A DNA stretch of 64,000 nucleotides, from NCBI GenBank assembly GCA_963753975.1, contig CAVWEH010000004.1, positions 314,457-378,456 on the forward strand. Reading direction: 5' to 3'. The notes under the pieces were generated by a model. That model ran no database searches, was not told the DNA's origin, and was given only the letters and a program-made list of their open reading frames with translations. Position numbers and translations under genes: made by a program. Source of the DNA: an uncultured delta proteobacterium (GTDB taxonomy: Bacteria > Desulfobacterota > Syntrophia > Syntrophales > Smithellaceae). Of this stretch, positions 1 through 10,561 are shown in pieces (positions within the stretch are counted from its first letter, which is position 1; every line of letters begins with the position of its first letter).

Positions 1-1956
1 TTTAGCTTGATCGGGAGTTTCCTCAAATTCAAAAGTGGAACAAAATTCCTCGTAAATTCTATCCGGCGGGGCAAATGATTTTCTTTCCAATACTTCGCGA
101 GCGGCATAAATGGAAACCAATTCTTCGGCGACTTCTCTTACAGATTTTTTTACTCTTTCCTTTAGAGCCTCCCATGAAGTTCCACCCATCTTATCGATTT
201 TCGGCACATAACCATCGGGCCCTAAATACCTTTGAATTTTTTCCAGAGAATTAACAGGTATGTATAGTTTATCTCCATCCAGATACTCGATAACCAAGAA
301 ATCATTTTCTATTTTACCGACTTTGATTTTTTTCAGCCCACGGTAAACACCAATGCCAAAATCGGTGTGGACAACAAAATCACCTTCTTTCAGATCACCA
401 AAGGACTTTAAAAAATAAGCTTCCCGGGCAGGACGTGGACGGCGGCGGGGCACCTTTTTCACAAATATTTCTTCTTCGCTCAGAAGCACCAGCTTCATTG
501 ACGGAAAAATAAAGCTTGTGGAGATTTTTCCTTCCCATAAAATAAGTCGAGGACTGCCGTCCCATTGACTGATTTTGCCCATGACCGAACCTTGCTCGGT
601 TGAAATCTGCAGGGGTAAATCGTAGGATAGGAGCAGATGCTGCATCCGGTGAAAGTCTTCCGGGGTAGGAGAAAGAAAAAGAACCAACAGGCCATCAGCA
701 AGCCAATTTTTGATCTTTTCCACAGTCTGCCGCAGCAGTGCATCTTCTTTAATTCCGCCGGTAACGGCATTTAACAATTGGAGTTGTTGATGAGCTTCAA
801 AAATTATTGTTTTTGTCTCATTAGTGTTGTTCCCGTCGAGCCTTAGACTCTCCAGAGAAATTTGCCTAAACTTATCCATAGCGGCTCCGGCTTGAACCGG
901 GTAAAGGTATGCATTTTCTTTTTCCAGATAAAATTTTTCGCCATTTTTAGCTTTGAGCAATAATTTATCGATATTAAATTCTGTATTCTGTGCAGCCTGA
1001 TCGATGGCCAGCGGATCATCCAAAACTATCAAAGTGTTTTGTGGCAGATAATCAAAAAAGCTTCCGAGCCGGTTTTGCGCGCCGCTCTCCCGATCATCGA
1101 AGGATTCGTAAAACAGGGACAAATATAGCGGATTTATGGAATTGGCTAAATCGTTTTGCAGAGTATCCACCAAACGGTTACGAATTTCTCGCGGCAGGGA
1201 AATATCGTCGATGCGCCGTTTGACATTGCACACAGCCAGCTTGAGCGTTTGCGAATTGACAATTACCTCGCTGGCCGGCGGCACGATAAAAGTTTCCACT
1301 GAACCTATGGAACGCTGGGAAACGCAGTCAAATTTACGGATGGATTCGATTTCATCACCGGACATTTCCACGCGCAGCGGCCATTTTTCCGTGGGAGGAA
1401 ACAGATCAATAATGTTGCCACGGACACTGAATTCACCCCTTTCTTCAACAAGGCTGACTCTTTTATAGCCACCTGATTGCAGATGTGCGCAAAAGTCATC
1501 TCTATTGAATGTATCGCCTATGGAAATTATTTGCAGATATTGATTGAATGCGGCAAAAGGCATTACTTTTTGCATCAAAGCAGCCATGGAAGCGACCACT
1601 ACTCCGGTGTTGATTTGCATAAAAGCAAGAACTTCCAGACGTGCTAATTCTTCTTCTTTCTGGAGTGCAAATATGTCAACAGTCAAGAAATCCAGAGACG
1701 GATAATGAATTACATTGTCATTGCCCAAAAACAAGGCCAGGTCACTCGCCAACGCTGTGGCTTCTCTTTCTTCCGGACAAACAACAAGCAGGGTCTTCTT
1801 CTCCGTGCGAGCAAAAAGAAGAGCTGTCAAGAAAGAACGAGCAGATCCGCTGAGGCCCCTTATATTGACTCTTAGGGTCCCCCTATTAATTTGTTCCAAC
1901 AAATCATGCAGCGGTGCAATATCTTCCGTGATTTCTTTTGTGATAATTTTTCGCAC
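1..1956 (-). CDS. mfd: Transcription-repair coupling factor, 5' part (runs off left edge)
   Basis: Manual translation gives one continuous frame from a probable GTG at 1956 to position 1. It includes the UvrB-homology motif GEFSVRGNIIDLFP, the CarD/RID motif GDFVVHTDFGIGVYRGL and FEETPDQAK. Absent from the ORF track because there is no stop in the window; start approximate. Confidence 0.93.
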   Translation of the reverse strand, partial: MRKIITKEITEDIAPLHDLLEQINRGTLRVNIRGLSGSARSFLTALLFARTEKKTLLVVCPEEREATALASDLALFLGNDNVIHYPSLDFLTVDIFALQKEEELARLEVLAFMQINTGVVVASMAALMQKVMPFAAFNQYLQIISIGDTFNRDDFCAHLQSGGYKRVSLVEERGEFSVRGNIIDLFPPTEKWPLRVEMSGDEIESIRKFDCVSQRSIGSVETFIVPPASEVIVNSQTLKLAVCNVKRRIDDISLPREIRNRLVDTLQNDLANSINPLYLSLFYESFDDRESGAQNRLGSFFDYLPQNTLIVLDDPLAIDQAAQNTEFNIDKLLLKAKNGEKFYLEKENAYLYPVQAGAAMDKFRQISLESLRLDGNNTNETKTIIFEAHQQLQLLNAVTGGIKEDALLRQTVEKIKNWLADGLLVLFLSPTPEDFHRMQHLLLSYDLPLQISTEQGSVMGKISQWDGSPRLILWEGKISTSFIFPSMKLVLLSEEEIFVKKVPRRRPRPAREAYFLKSFGDLKEGDFVVHTDFGIGVYRGLKKIKVGKIENDFLVIEYLDGDKLYIPVNSLEKIQRYLGPDGYVPKIDKMGGTSWEALKERVKKSVREVAEELVSIYAAREVLERKSFAPPDRIYEEFCSTFEFEETPDQAK

Positions 1957-2161
1957 TGACGATAATCCAAACTCTTTGCGGCAATGAATTATGCAATGGA
2001 ACTCTTTTCCACAAGTTCCCGCAGGAAATTTAATTTTTTAGCTCAAATATGAATTTAGTTCAAGTTAGATTGATTATCTCATAATTTAATCATTTCTTAT
2101 TGGTTGACAACCCCCTTGTGTTTGATAAGCTGCCCTTTATAAATTTTATAGGAGATTAAAA

Positions 2162-3400
2162 ATGATTACCGTGGAAAAAGCTTTACAGTCAATCTTCTTG
2201 AATTTTCACCCGTTAGGTTTGGAAAAAGTAAATATCCTGGATGCCCGGGAGCGAGTAATAGGTGAAGATGTTTTTGCCACACGTAATATTCCTCCCGCCG
2301 ACAATTCAGCAATGGATGGCTATGCGGTGCGGCATATCGATACTAAAGGCGCAACCAGGGTAAACCCGCTCCGACTCCAAGTTATTGAAGAGATACCGAC
2401 AGGTAAAGTGCCACAAAAAAGTTTAAAAAAAGGCGCAGCTTCCCGCATCATGACCGGAGCAATAATCCCCGGCGCTGCCGATGCCGTTGTCCGCCAAGAA
2501 GACACAAAAAAAATCGGCAAAACGGTTATAATCTATACTTCAGTCAAAGAAGGCCAGGATATTCGCTTGACCGGCGAAGATGTGCAAAAAGAAGAGCTCG
2601 TTATTTCTCAAGGAAATGTTGTTAGTCCGGCACAAATAGGAATGCTTGCTTCGTTGGGAAGGCCATTTGTGAGCGTGTATCAGAAGCCGCGCGTAGCGAT
2701 CCTAGCAACAGGTGACGAACTCGTAGACATCGAAAATGATCCGCCGCCCGCAAAAATCGTCAACAGTAACAGCTACTCTTTAGCGGCCCAGGTTATGGAG
2801 TGCGGCGCAATTCCCTTAATATTGGGAATTGTCCGGGATAAAAAATCCGAACTTCACGAAAAATTTAAAACTGCGCTCGCTGCTGATTTGATTATTTCTT
2901 CCGGAGGCGTTTCGGTCGGTGATTTTGATTTTGTCAAGGATATATTGGGAGAAATAGGTAACACCATGCATTTCTGGCAAGTGGCCATGAGGCCGGGCAA
3001 GCCTTTGGCTTTCGGCGCAATCAAGGGTATTCCCCTGTTCGGTTTGCCGGGAAATCCCGTATCCGCAATGGTGTCATTTGAACAATTTGTACGTCCGTAT
3101 CTTTTAAAAATGCAGGGACATACAAAAATATTCCGCCAAACTATAAAGGCTGTGAGCAACCAGGAAATCAGGAAAGAAGCGGGGGTTAAGCATTTCATTC
3201 GTGCCATTGTTAAAAAAAAGAAAAACCAATACATGGCTGCCATAACCGGAGATCAAGGATCCGGCATTTTGAAATCAATGGTTTTAGCCAATGCTTTAAT
3301 TGTTTTAAAAGAAAACGAGACCAAAGTTAAAAAAGGCGATCCGGTAACAGTCCAATTATTGGATGACTCTTTAACCAAGACAGAGTTTTTCCCGTTGTAG
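2162..3400 (+). CDS. moeA: Molybdopterin molybdotransferase
   Basis: Motifs NSAMDGYA, RIMTGA, TGDEL, SGGVSVGDFD, RPGKP, GLPGNPVS; SD AGGAG upstream. Confidence 0.95.
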   Translation: MITVEKALQSIFLNFHPLGLEKVNILDARERVIGEDVFATRNIPPADNSAMDGYAVRHIDTKGATRVNPLRLQVIEEIPTGKVPQKSLKKGAASRIMTGAIIPGAADAVVRQEDTKKIGKTVIIYTSVKEGQDIRLTGEDVQKEELVISQGNVVSPAQIGMLASLGRPFVSVYQKPRVAILATGDELVDIENDPPPAKIVNSNSYSLAAQVMECGAIPLILGIVRDKKSELHEKFKTALAADLIISSGGVSVGDFDFVKDILGEIGNTMHFWQVAMRPGKPLAFGAIKGIPLFGLPGNPVSAMVSFEQFVRPYLLKMQGHTKIFRQTIKAVSNQEIRKEAGVKHFIRAIVKKKKNQYMAAITGDQGSGILKSMVLANALIVLKENETKVKKGDPVTVQLLDDSLTKTEFFPL

Positions 3401-3450
3401 AAAATACAGGCCAATGTCGGAAAATATTACTTTTTTATCCTTTTTTGAAA

Positions 3451-3479
3451 TTGACACACGGACAAATATCCTTTAGAAT
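3451..3479 (+). promoter_or_regulatory. Sigma70-type promoter for tRNA-Sec
   Basis: TTGACA-17 bp-TAGAAT ending 7 nt before the tRNA. Confidence 0.75.
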
Positions 3480-3486
3480 TTTCCAT

Positions 3487-3584
3487 GGAAGTGCCCAGGT
3501 CACTGGTGGGCCTCCTGGACTTCAAATCCAGTGTGGGGCGCTAGAACCGTCCCGGGTGGGTTCGATTCCCATGCACTTCCGCCA
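3487..3584 (+). tRNA. selC: tRNA-Sec (anticodon TCA)
   Basis: 8-bp acceptor stem GGAAGTGC/GCACTTCC, anticodon arm CTGGA-CTTCAAA-TCCAG, long variable arm, GGTTCGATTCC T-loop, G discriminator plus encoded CCA. Confidence 0.95.
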
Positions 3585-3668
3585 TGCATATCTCAGGATT
3601 AATATTCACCGGCAATTTAACTCCGCTGTAAAGCAACAACTGCTGCAATTAATTAAACAGATACAGAC

Positions 3669-3697
3669 TTGACAGAAATGTTAATTAAATCTATAAT
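3669..3697 (+). promoter_or_regulatory. Consensus sigma70 promoter upstream of the dsbC-like gene
   Basis: Perfect TTGACA-17 bp-TATAAT. Confidence 0.75.
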
Positions 3698-3726
3698 TAA
3701 TCTAGTTCTTAAGGGGGTATAAATTA

Positions 3727-4425
3727 ATGAAAAAATTAGTTTTAGTTGTCGGATGTCTTCTTCTCATTCTTCCCGTTTGCGCCGGCGCAAAAAAGCTTAC
3801 TGTCGAAGAAAAGTTTCAGAAGAGTTTCCCCAAAAACAACTTTGAAAGCATAAAACCTACCTCCATCAAGGGGGTATACGAAATTTACACCGGCAATCAG
3901 ATTTACTACTTTATGCCGGAAGCGGATGTTATTATTTACGGCGATATAATTTCCAAAGACGGAGTAAATATCACGCGGGAGAGTAATTTAAAAAAGATGA
4001 CGGCAAAAATGGCCAATCTGCCATTGGACAGCGCCTTAAAAATCGGCAATGGAAAAACCACCGTTATAGAATTCATGGATCCCGACTGCCATTACTGTCG
4101 GCAGGCTTACAATTTTTTCTCTACGCGCCAAGACGTAACCATTTATATTTTCTTTTTCCCTCTATCTCAGGCATCCGAAAGAAAAATCAGGCATATCTTA
4201 TGCGCCCCGGACAAATTAAAGATGTTTGAAGATGTTATGATGGGGAAATTTGACAATAATACCCCTCTTAATATTTGTAACGATAAAAAAGTGGATGAAA
4301 TCATCAGAACACACATGCGCCTAGATTCACAAATAGGAATCAGAGCAACTCCTTTATTTTTTATCAAAGGACAGCTAGTTAATGGTTTTGAAGTTGGCAC
4401 AATCGAAAAACTTTTAAAAGATTAA
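3727..4425 (+). CDS. DsbC-family thiol:disulfide interchange protein
   Basis: Signal peptide, DsbC N-terminal dimerisation-like region, FMDPDCHYC CxxC motif, GIRATP cis-Pro loop. Confidence 0.85.
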   Translation: MKKLVLVVGCLLLILPVCAGAKKLTVEEKFQKSFPKNNFESIKPTSIKGVYEIYTGNQIYYFMPEADVIIYGDIISKDGVNITRESNLKKMTAKMANLPLDSALKIGNGKTTVIEFMDPDCHYCRQAYNFFSTRQDVTIYIFFFPLSQASERKIRHILCAPDKLKMFEDVMMGKFDNNTPLNICNDKKVDEIIRTHMRLDSQIGIRATPLFFIKGQLVNGFEVGTIEKLLKD

Positions 4426-4427
4426 GG

Positions 4428-4697
4428 ATGTATTTTATAAAGCAGTCCTCGTCGGTTTTAATTAGTGTCACTGTTTTAGTGGGTTTTTCTGCCGGATTCG
4501 CTTTTGCTCAACCTGCAGCCAAAAGTTTGGTAGACAATGAATGCGCCGAATGCCATAACACAAAAAGAATTTATGGTGCCAATAAAAAAGCAGGCGAATG
4601 GGAAAAAACGGTTGACCGAATGATTAAAAAAGGCGCCCAGATTAAACCGGAAGAAAAAGACGCAGTTATTAAATATCTTAATACTTTGAATAAGTAA
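4428..4697 (+). CDS. Small periplasmic monoheme c-type cytochrome
   Basis: Signal peptide, single CAECH heme motif, WEKTVDRM with candidate Met ligand. Confidence 0.75.
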   Translation: MYFIKQSSSVLISVTVLVGFSAGFAFAQPAAKSLVDNECAECHNTKRIYGANKKAGEWEKTVDRMIKKGAQIKPEEKDAVIKYLNTLNK

Positions 4698-4745
4698 TTT
4701 TAGGCAGTTATAGTTTCCTCTATCTAAAAATAATTATCCTCAAGT

Positions 4746-6644
4746 TTAACGAATTTTTGCACCCGTTTGCGCTTCGCGATCAAACGTAAGAGCAGTAAGA
4801 CCTTTGTCCGTATTGGCAGCCAAAAGCATGCCATGCGATTCTATTCCCATTAATTGCACAGGTTTCAAATTGGCAACAATTACTATTTTTTTACCAATTA
4901 ATTCTGAAGGAGAATAATCTTTGCCGATACCGGCAACAATAGTCCTTTCTTCGCCGATATCAACTTTCAACTTCAAAAGCTTATTCGATTTAGGAACGAT
5001 CTCAGCCTCCAGGATTTTAGCAACGCGCAAATCGATCCTGGCAAATTGCTCGTAATCAATCTCCTGTCCTAGATCGGCAAGAGACTCTCGCTTCGCCGTC
5101 TTGTGACTTTCTTTTTCTTTATCGATGCGCGGAAATAATGATTCACCACGAATTAAAGCACTGCCGGCAGCTAATGTATTTCCTTTACGAATACTGGCCA
5201 AATCCGGCCGGTGAGATTCATCCACGCCAATCTGCCGTAAAATTTTCCCCGAGGCCTGCGGCATAAAAGGAGATATCAGGATGGCAATCGCCCGTAAGGC
5301 CGCAAGCAAATCATACATTATCGTCGCTAACTTTTCTTTATTTCCCGGATTCTTTTCCAAGGTCCACGGTTCATTTTCTACGATGTATTTATTGGTAACA
5401 TTGATAAATTCCCAAATGGCAATCAAGGCTTTATGCAGGGACATATCATTAAAACAAGTTTCTACTTCAGAGAGTGCTTGGAGAGCGGCTCCATGCAGTA
5501 CTGAATCTTTCTTTTTATGGTTTGTTTCCGGCACCTTACCATCACAGTACTTGATAGCCATTGTAATAACGCGGCTAACCAGATTGCCCAAATCATTAGC
5601 CAGGTCCGAGTTCAATCTTTTCACAAAAGCATCCTCGGAAAAACTGGAATCCAGTCCGAACACCATATCGCGCAAAAGGAAATAGCGAAAAGCATCCAAC
5701 CCGTATTTGTCCTTCAAATCAAGTGGTCGAACAACATTACCGAGGCTTTTGGACATTTTGCTTTGATCTGAATTCCAATAACCGTGAACATTCAAGTGTC
5801 GATAAGGTTTGATACCCGCCGCTTTGAGCATTGTCGGCCAGTAAATTCCATGCGGTTTCAAAATATCTTTGGCAATCAGATGCTGGGCTACCGGCCAGAA
5901 TTTTTTGAATTTTTTCCCGTCGGGATAATCCAGCGCACTAATATAATTAATTAGAGCGTCAAACCAGACATAGGTGACGTAGTTTTCATCGAACGGTAAA
6001 GTAATACCCCATTGCAGGCGTGTTTTGGGGCGGGAAATGCAAAGATCGTCCAGGGGATCGCGCAAAAAGGCCAATACCTCATTTTTATACCTTTCCGGGC
6101 GGATAAAATCCGGATGCGTTTTGATGTAACTAATGAGCCACTCCTGATACTTGCTCATCCGGAAGAAATAATTGTTCTCTTCCCGGTATTCAGGCTTAGT
6201 CTGATGATCGGGACATTTACCATCTACCAATTCTTTCTCCAGGTAAAATCGTTCACAGCCAACACAATAATAACCCTTGTATTGACCAAAATAAATTTCG
6301 CCGGAATTATAAACCTTCTGTAATATATAACGTACAGTATCAATGTGATTGCTGTCCGTTGTTCTGATGAAATAATCATTTATTATGGACAGCTCCGGCC
6401 ATAAGCTCCTAAATTGCTTACTGATTTTGTCCGCATATTCTTGGGGAGTAACCCCGGCTTTTTGCGCCGCTTCGGCAATTTTATCTCCGTGTTCATCAGT
6501 CCCGGTAACAAAAAATGTTTCCTCGCCGGTCATGCGGTGATACCTCGCCAAAACATCTGCTACAATGGTCGTGTAAGCATGACCGATGTGCGGCGAAGCA
6601 TTAACATAATAAATTGGTGTTGTGATATAAAACAATTTCGGCAT
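4746..6644 (-). CDS. metG: Methionyl-tRNA synthetase with C-terminal tRNA-binding domain
   Basis: HIGH and KMSKS motifs, YVWFDAL, C-terminal Trbp111-like domain. Confidence 0.97.
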   Translation of the reverse strand: MPKLFYITTPIYYVNASPHIGHAYTTIVADVLARYHRMTGEETFFVTGTDEHGDKIAEAAQKAGVTPQEYADKISKQFRSLWPELSIINDYFIRTTDSNHIDTVRYILQKVYNSGEIYFGQYKGYYCVGCERFYLEKELVDGKCPDHQTKPEYREENNYFFRMSKYQEWLISYIKTHPDFIRPERYKNEVLAFLRDPLDDLCISRPKTRLQWGITLPFDENYVTYVWFDALINYISALDYPDGKKFKKFWPVAQHLIAKDILKPHGIYWPTMLKAAGIKPYRHLNVHGYWNSDQSKMSKSLGNVVRPLDLKDKYGLDAFRYFLLRDMVFGLDSSFSEDAFVKRLNSDLANDLGNLVSRVITMAIKYCDGKVPETNHKKKDSVLHGAALQALSEVETCFNDMSLHKALIAIWEFINVTNKYIVENEPWTLEKNPGNKEKLATIMYDLLAALRAIAILISPFMPQASGKILRQIGVDESHRPDLASIRKGNTLAAGSALIRGESLFPRIDKEKESHKTAKRESLADLGQEIDYEQFARIDLRVAKILEAEIVPKSNKLLKLKVDIGEERTIVAGIGKDYSPSELIGKKIVIVANLKPVQLMGIESHGMLLAANTDKGLTALTFDREAQTGAKIR

Positions 6645-6664
6645 ATAAAAACCCTTCTGTCAAC

Positions 6665-7441
6665 TCATGATAAAAAATCGCCGTCTTCATCCAGTTTTTC
6701 CAAATCATCGGTATTTTTGTCTTCCGGTAAAAGCTTATCGGAATTATTTAGCGCTGCGTTTCCGTCATGTATAGCAGTTTTTGCACATTTTCTTGATCCG
6801 GCATATTCCTCATGTTCGAAAGCGAGACAACACATGAGTCTGCCGCATAAACCGGAAATCTTTTCCGGATTAAGCGACATACTTTGTTCTTTAGCCATTT
6901 TGACAGTAACTCTCTCCAAATTCTGCAAAATTCCTGCGCAACAAACCATTCGGCCGCAAATGGCGATTCCTTTAGTGATACGCACTTCTTGGCGGGCACC
7001 GATTTGTTTTAGTTCTATTCGTGTTTTGAATCTTTGAACAAGATCTTTAACCAGTTCGCGGAAATCTACTCTTTTTTCGGCAGTAAAATAAAAAATTATT
7101 TTACTTTTATCGAATAGGCAATCCACATCAATCAATTTCATGGATAGCCCTCTTTCCTGAATTTTTTCCCAACAAAATTTTCGGGCTTCGTCTTCCAGCT
7201 TCTTATTTTCAGCTTTAATCCGCATATCTTCGGATGTCACTTTGCGTACGACTTTCTTCAAATTTCCCGGCAGTGCCGATGGCGGGCACCTCATGACATC
7301 AGCGACAATAATACCCATCGAAAGACCATTATCAGTATTGACGATAACCCCATCATTTTTGTGAAGAATAAGATCGGCAGCGTTGAAGCTGTATATCCTC
7401 CCTTCTTTTTTAAACTTAACACCGACTATATTAGTAAGCAA
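6665..7441 (-). CDS. PSP1/RicT (YaaT) family protein
   Basis: RVDFRELVKDL, CGRxxCC and KISGLCGRLMCCL motifs; usual holB-yaaT-metG synteny. Confidence 0.88.
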   Translation of the reverse strand: MLTNIVGVKFKKEGRIYSFNAADLILHKNDGVIVNTDNGLSMGIIVADVMRCPPSALPGNLKKVVRKVTSEDMRIKAENKKLEDEARKFCWEKIQERGLSMKLIDVDCLFDKSKIIFYFTAEKRVDFRELVKDLVQRFKTRIELKQIGARQEVRITKGIAICGRMVCCAGILQNLERVTVKMAKEQSMSLNPEKISGLCGRLMCCLAFEHEEYAGSRKCAKTAIHDGNAALNNSDKLLPEDKNTDDLEKLDEDGDFLS

Positions 7442-7460
7442 TTTTTATCCTGCCAAAATT

Positions 7461-8441
7461 TTAATAACTTAACTTAAATGCCATTGTTTCCAATGTCAAT
7501 GATTTGTTGCCATTATGTTCGATTGTCTGTCCTGTCTTCTCTATCAACTTAATGTTCTGAAGAATTTGTTCGCCGGATAAACGCCGGGCCATGGCGGCAA
7601 TAAAAGGAGATTTATCCTGATTTATCAGCGTTTGAGCCTTACGGGTTTCTTTAAAAATCAAAACGTCTCGAAAACAACTTCTAAGAATATCCAATCCCCT
7701 TTTGATTCCTTTTTTATCTTGAGACAAAAAGGATGCAAAAGTAATCAAGCTGAAAGGTTCACTATTTTGCGTGTCGGCAAGCAATTCAAAAGTTCTCACG
7801 CGATGGGCGATTACATCTTCATTATTCAACTCCAGCGCTCGGCCAATGGAGCCACCGGATAGACCGGCTAATAACAAGGCTTTTTGCTCTTCCATGCCCA
7901 TTCGGTCAATAAGAAATTGCGCAATAATGTTGTTGCTCAGCGGATTAAAACGTACGTGCCGACAACGTGAAATGATCGTCGAGGGTAAAGAATAGGGCCT
8001 GCTTGTAATCAATATCAGTACATTCGCCGGAGATGGTTCTTCCAATGTTTTCAATAGAGCATTGGCCGCTTGATCATTCATTTTGTCCGCATTGTCGATA
8101 ACGAACACCCGGTACTTTGCTTCCAGCGGTTTAAAATTCATTTGCTCCTGAATTTGACGAATGGCATTAATGCGAATGAATTGACCCTCCGCTTCTATGC
8201 AAAAAAAATCGGGATGGCTACCGCGCTCAATTTTCCGGCAGGAAGAACATTTGCCGCAAGAATCATGAAACGCATTTGTCTCCTGACAATTGAAAGCTTT
8301 GGCCAACTCTCGGGCTAAAGTTTTTTTGCCCACGGCAGGTATACCGCTAAAAAGGTACGCATGCCCTATTCGTTTTAGAGATAGGGTTTTTTGGAAAATT
8401 TCTATTTGTTTTTCATGACCCAAAATATCGCGAAAAGACAT
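7461..8441 (-). CDS. holB: DNA polymerase III subunit delta'
   Basis: HAYLFSG, zinc motif CGKCSSC, HPD, AANALLKTLEEP, TIISRC. Confidence 0.93.
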   Translation of the reverse strand: MSFRDILGHEKQIEIFQKTLSLKRIGHAYLFSGIPAVGKKTLARELAKAFNCQETNAFHDSCGKCSSCRKIERGSHPDFFCIEAEGQFIRINAIRQIQEQMNFKPLEAKYRVFVIDNADKMNDQAANALLKTLEEPSPANVLILITSRPYSLPSTIISRCRHVRFNPLSNNIIAQFLIDRMGMEEQKALLLAGLSGGSIGRALELNNEDVIAHRVRTFELLADTQNSEPFSLITFASFLSQDKKGIKRGLDILRSCFRDVLIFKETRKAQTLINQDKSPFIAAMARRLSGEQILQNIKLIEKTGQTIEHNGNKSLTLETMAFKLSY

Positions 8442-8483
8442 AATTACATTATATCATAAACTTTAAAGAAAGCACTGTGAATA

Positions 8484-9131
8484 CTATTTTAGTGATTTTA
8501 TGAAATCAATTATGTGACTGCGCACTTCTTCCTGAATTGTATCTATATCGCGCGTTGCATCAATTAAACGGAAGCGTTCCGGCTCTTTTTTATAAATATT
8601 AAGATAACCTTCGCGAACTCGTCTGTGGAAATCCAGATTTTCTCTTTCGAATCTGTCGGAAAAGGCGGATTCTTTAAGCAGATTGTTTCTTTCTGCTGCT
8701 CTTTGTAATCCGATTTCCACCGGTAAATCGAAAAGAAAAGTCAAGTTAGGTTTTAAAAGCATTGACGAATAATCATTGATAATTTTGATAAATTCAAGGT
8801 TCAGTCCGCGGGCTATACCCTGATAAGCAAAAGTGGCGTCAGAAAAGCGGTCACATAACACCATTCTGTCCTGTTTCAATGCAGGCATAACCATCTCCCG
8901 GACATGCTGCGCGCGGGCTGCACAAAATAGAAACGCTTCCGTTTCGGCACACATATAGTGATGGCCTCTATTGAATAAGATGCCGCCGATTTTCCTGCCA
9001 ATGTCGGTCCCGGAAGGCTCCTGGGTAATTAAAAGCGGAACATGCTTCTCAATTAAATACTGAGCCACAAGTCTCATTTGAGTTGACTTTCCCGAACCTT
9101 CAATACCTTCAAAGGTAATTAAACTTTTCAT
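8484..9131 (-). CDS. tmk: Thymidylate kinase
   Basis: ITFEGIEGSGKST, LCDRFSDATFAYQG. Confidence 0.95.
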   Translation of the reverse strand: MKSLITFEGIEGSGKSTQMRLVAQYLIEKHVPLLITQEPSGTDIGRKIGGILFNRGHHYMCAETEAFLFCAARAQHVREMVMPALKQDRMVLCDRFSDATFAYQGIARGLNLEFIKIINDYSSMLLKPNLTFLFDLPVEIGLQRAAERNNLLKESAFSDRFERENLDFHRRVREGYLNIYKKEPERFRLIDATRDIDTIQEEVRSHIIDFIKSLK

Positions 9132-9325
9132 CAGTTGAGCCCCCTATCTAAGCCAGGGGAGATTACTTTGTATAGTCTAAAATGCCCGGCTCGCTATATA
9201 TTTAAAATAATAAGACATATTTCTTAGTAGCTAAAAACGGTTTGTAATTAAGAAGAAAAGGGTTGGGAATAAATCTGTCTGAAGAAAACAGATTAATCCA
9301 TAGCTGCAAACTTGCCATAAATTAA

Positions 9326-9511
<186 letters not shown>

Positions 9512-9671
9512 TTATTCTCCTTTTAATAGTTATTTCCATAAAATTTAAATCCGGCCCGCAAGCTCATCGCCGGAAATCTTTGCTAATTGACACCCCTCAT
9601 TTTCTATAATCAACACAATGCAGCTTAAATCACAGTAGATCCGCAGTCCGCCTTCACGACTCAAAAAACTA

Positions 9672-9890
9672 TTAAACGGCAATAACTTCTTTAATATTCG
9701 GAAATTGATTTTTGATAATTTTTTCTATACCCATCTTCAAAGTCATTTGGGACATAGGGCAACCCTGGCAGGCGCCGGTCAATTTCACTTTTACTATACC
9801 ATCACTTACGTCTATAAGCTCTATATCACCGCCGTCTGCCTGCAGGCCGGGCCGGATAAGATCAATAGCCTTTTGTACTTGTTCCTTCAT
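9672..9890 (-). CDS. NifU/NfuA-type Fe-S carrier domain protein
   Basis: IRPGLQADGGDIEL and LTGACQGCPMS motifs. Confidence 0.92.
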   Translation of the reverse strand: MKEQVQKAIDLIRPGLQADGGDIELIDVSDGIVKVKLTGACQGCPMSQMTLKMGIEKIIKNQFPNIKEVIAV

Positions 9891-9934
9891 CTATTCTCTC
9901 CCTAATTGTATTAAAATTAGTCTTAGTCACCCGC

Positions 9935-10525
9935 TTAATGCGGCATCTCTTTGACCATATCGCGAACGAGACCGCGGGCCACGTTCGACAAATCAGGCTT
10001 GATCAACATATAACTTTCAACTATCCCGTGACCGACTCTCCACATCCATTTGCCGGTAGATGCTTCATACAGTCTCATCGTCAGACTAACCCGGGCTACT
10101 TTCTTATCTTTTTCTACCGCGAAGTTCCACTCATCGACGGACACGAACAAAAAAGCGTCAACTTTGGCTAATTCGCCGATCTTCCGGCTCAACTCAGGAT
10201 CAGAAAAAGCAAGCGTATTCAATTTGGAAAGATATTCTTTGATCGATTTTCCTAATTCGTCATTAGCCATAATCTGACGATTCAGATCCTCAGCATTGAC
10301 TACATTCGTGAACCATCCTTTGTCAACCAGCACCCCGGCTACAACCTTTTCCACAACTCCTTTGGCTTCCGCATAATTCACCACATCCGCCGGAAAAACG
10401 GCTATTCGCTGCGGGTGAAAATCTTTTGCCTCCGGAGCTAATTGAGAAAAGCGTAAGCTCCCGCAGGCAATAGTCGATAAAGAGCAGATAACTAAAACAC
10501 TTATCATGAATAGTTTTCTGATCAT
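9935..10525 (-). CDS. Putative lipoprotein (CsgG/DUF799-like)
   Basis: Lipobox-like TIAC, RIAVFP, ELAKVDAFL, RLYEASTGKWMW; family call is inference. Confidence 0.55.
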   Translation of the reverse strand: MIRKLFMISVLVICSLSTIACGSLRFSQLAPEAKDFHPQRIAVFPADVVNYAEAKGVVEKVVAGVLVDKGWFTNVVNAEDLNRQIMANDELGKSIKEYLSKLNTLAFSDPELSRKIGELAKVDAFLFVSVDEWNFAVEKDKKVARVSLTMRLYEASTGKWMWRVGHGIVESYMLIKPDLSNVARGLVRDMVKEMPH

Positions 10526-10561
10526 GATACAAAAACCTCCCGCTTTCCAGAGACCTTTCCT

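Noticed and set aside
1..1987. mfd as a fragmented pseudogene, and the short ORFs listed here
   Set aside because: Manual translation shows one open minus-strand frame; the listed ORFs are shadows of it.
3445..3672. 75-aa ORF
   Set aside because: It overlaps tRNA-Sec and its promoter and has no protein motif.
9587..9610. TTGACA...TATAAT as a promoter
   Set aside because: The spacer is only 12 bp and it points antisense to the flanking genes.
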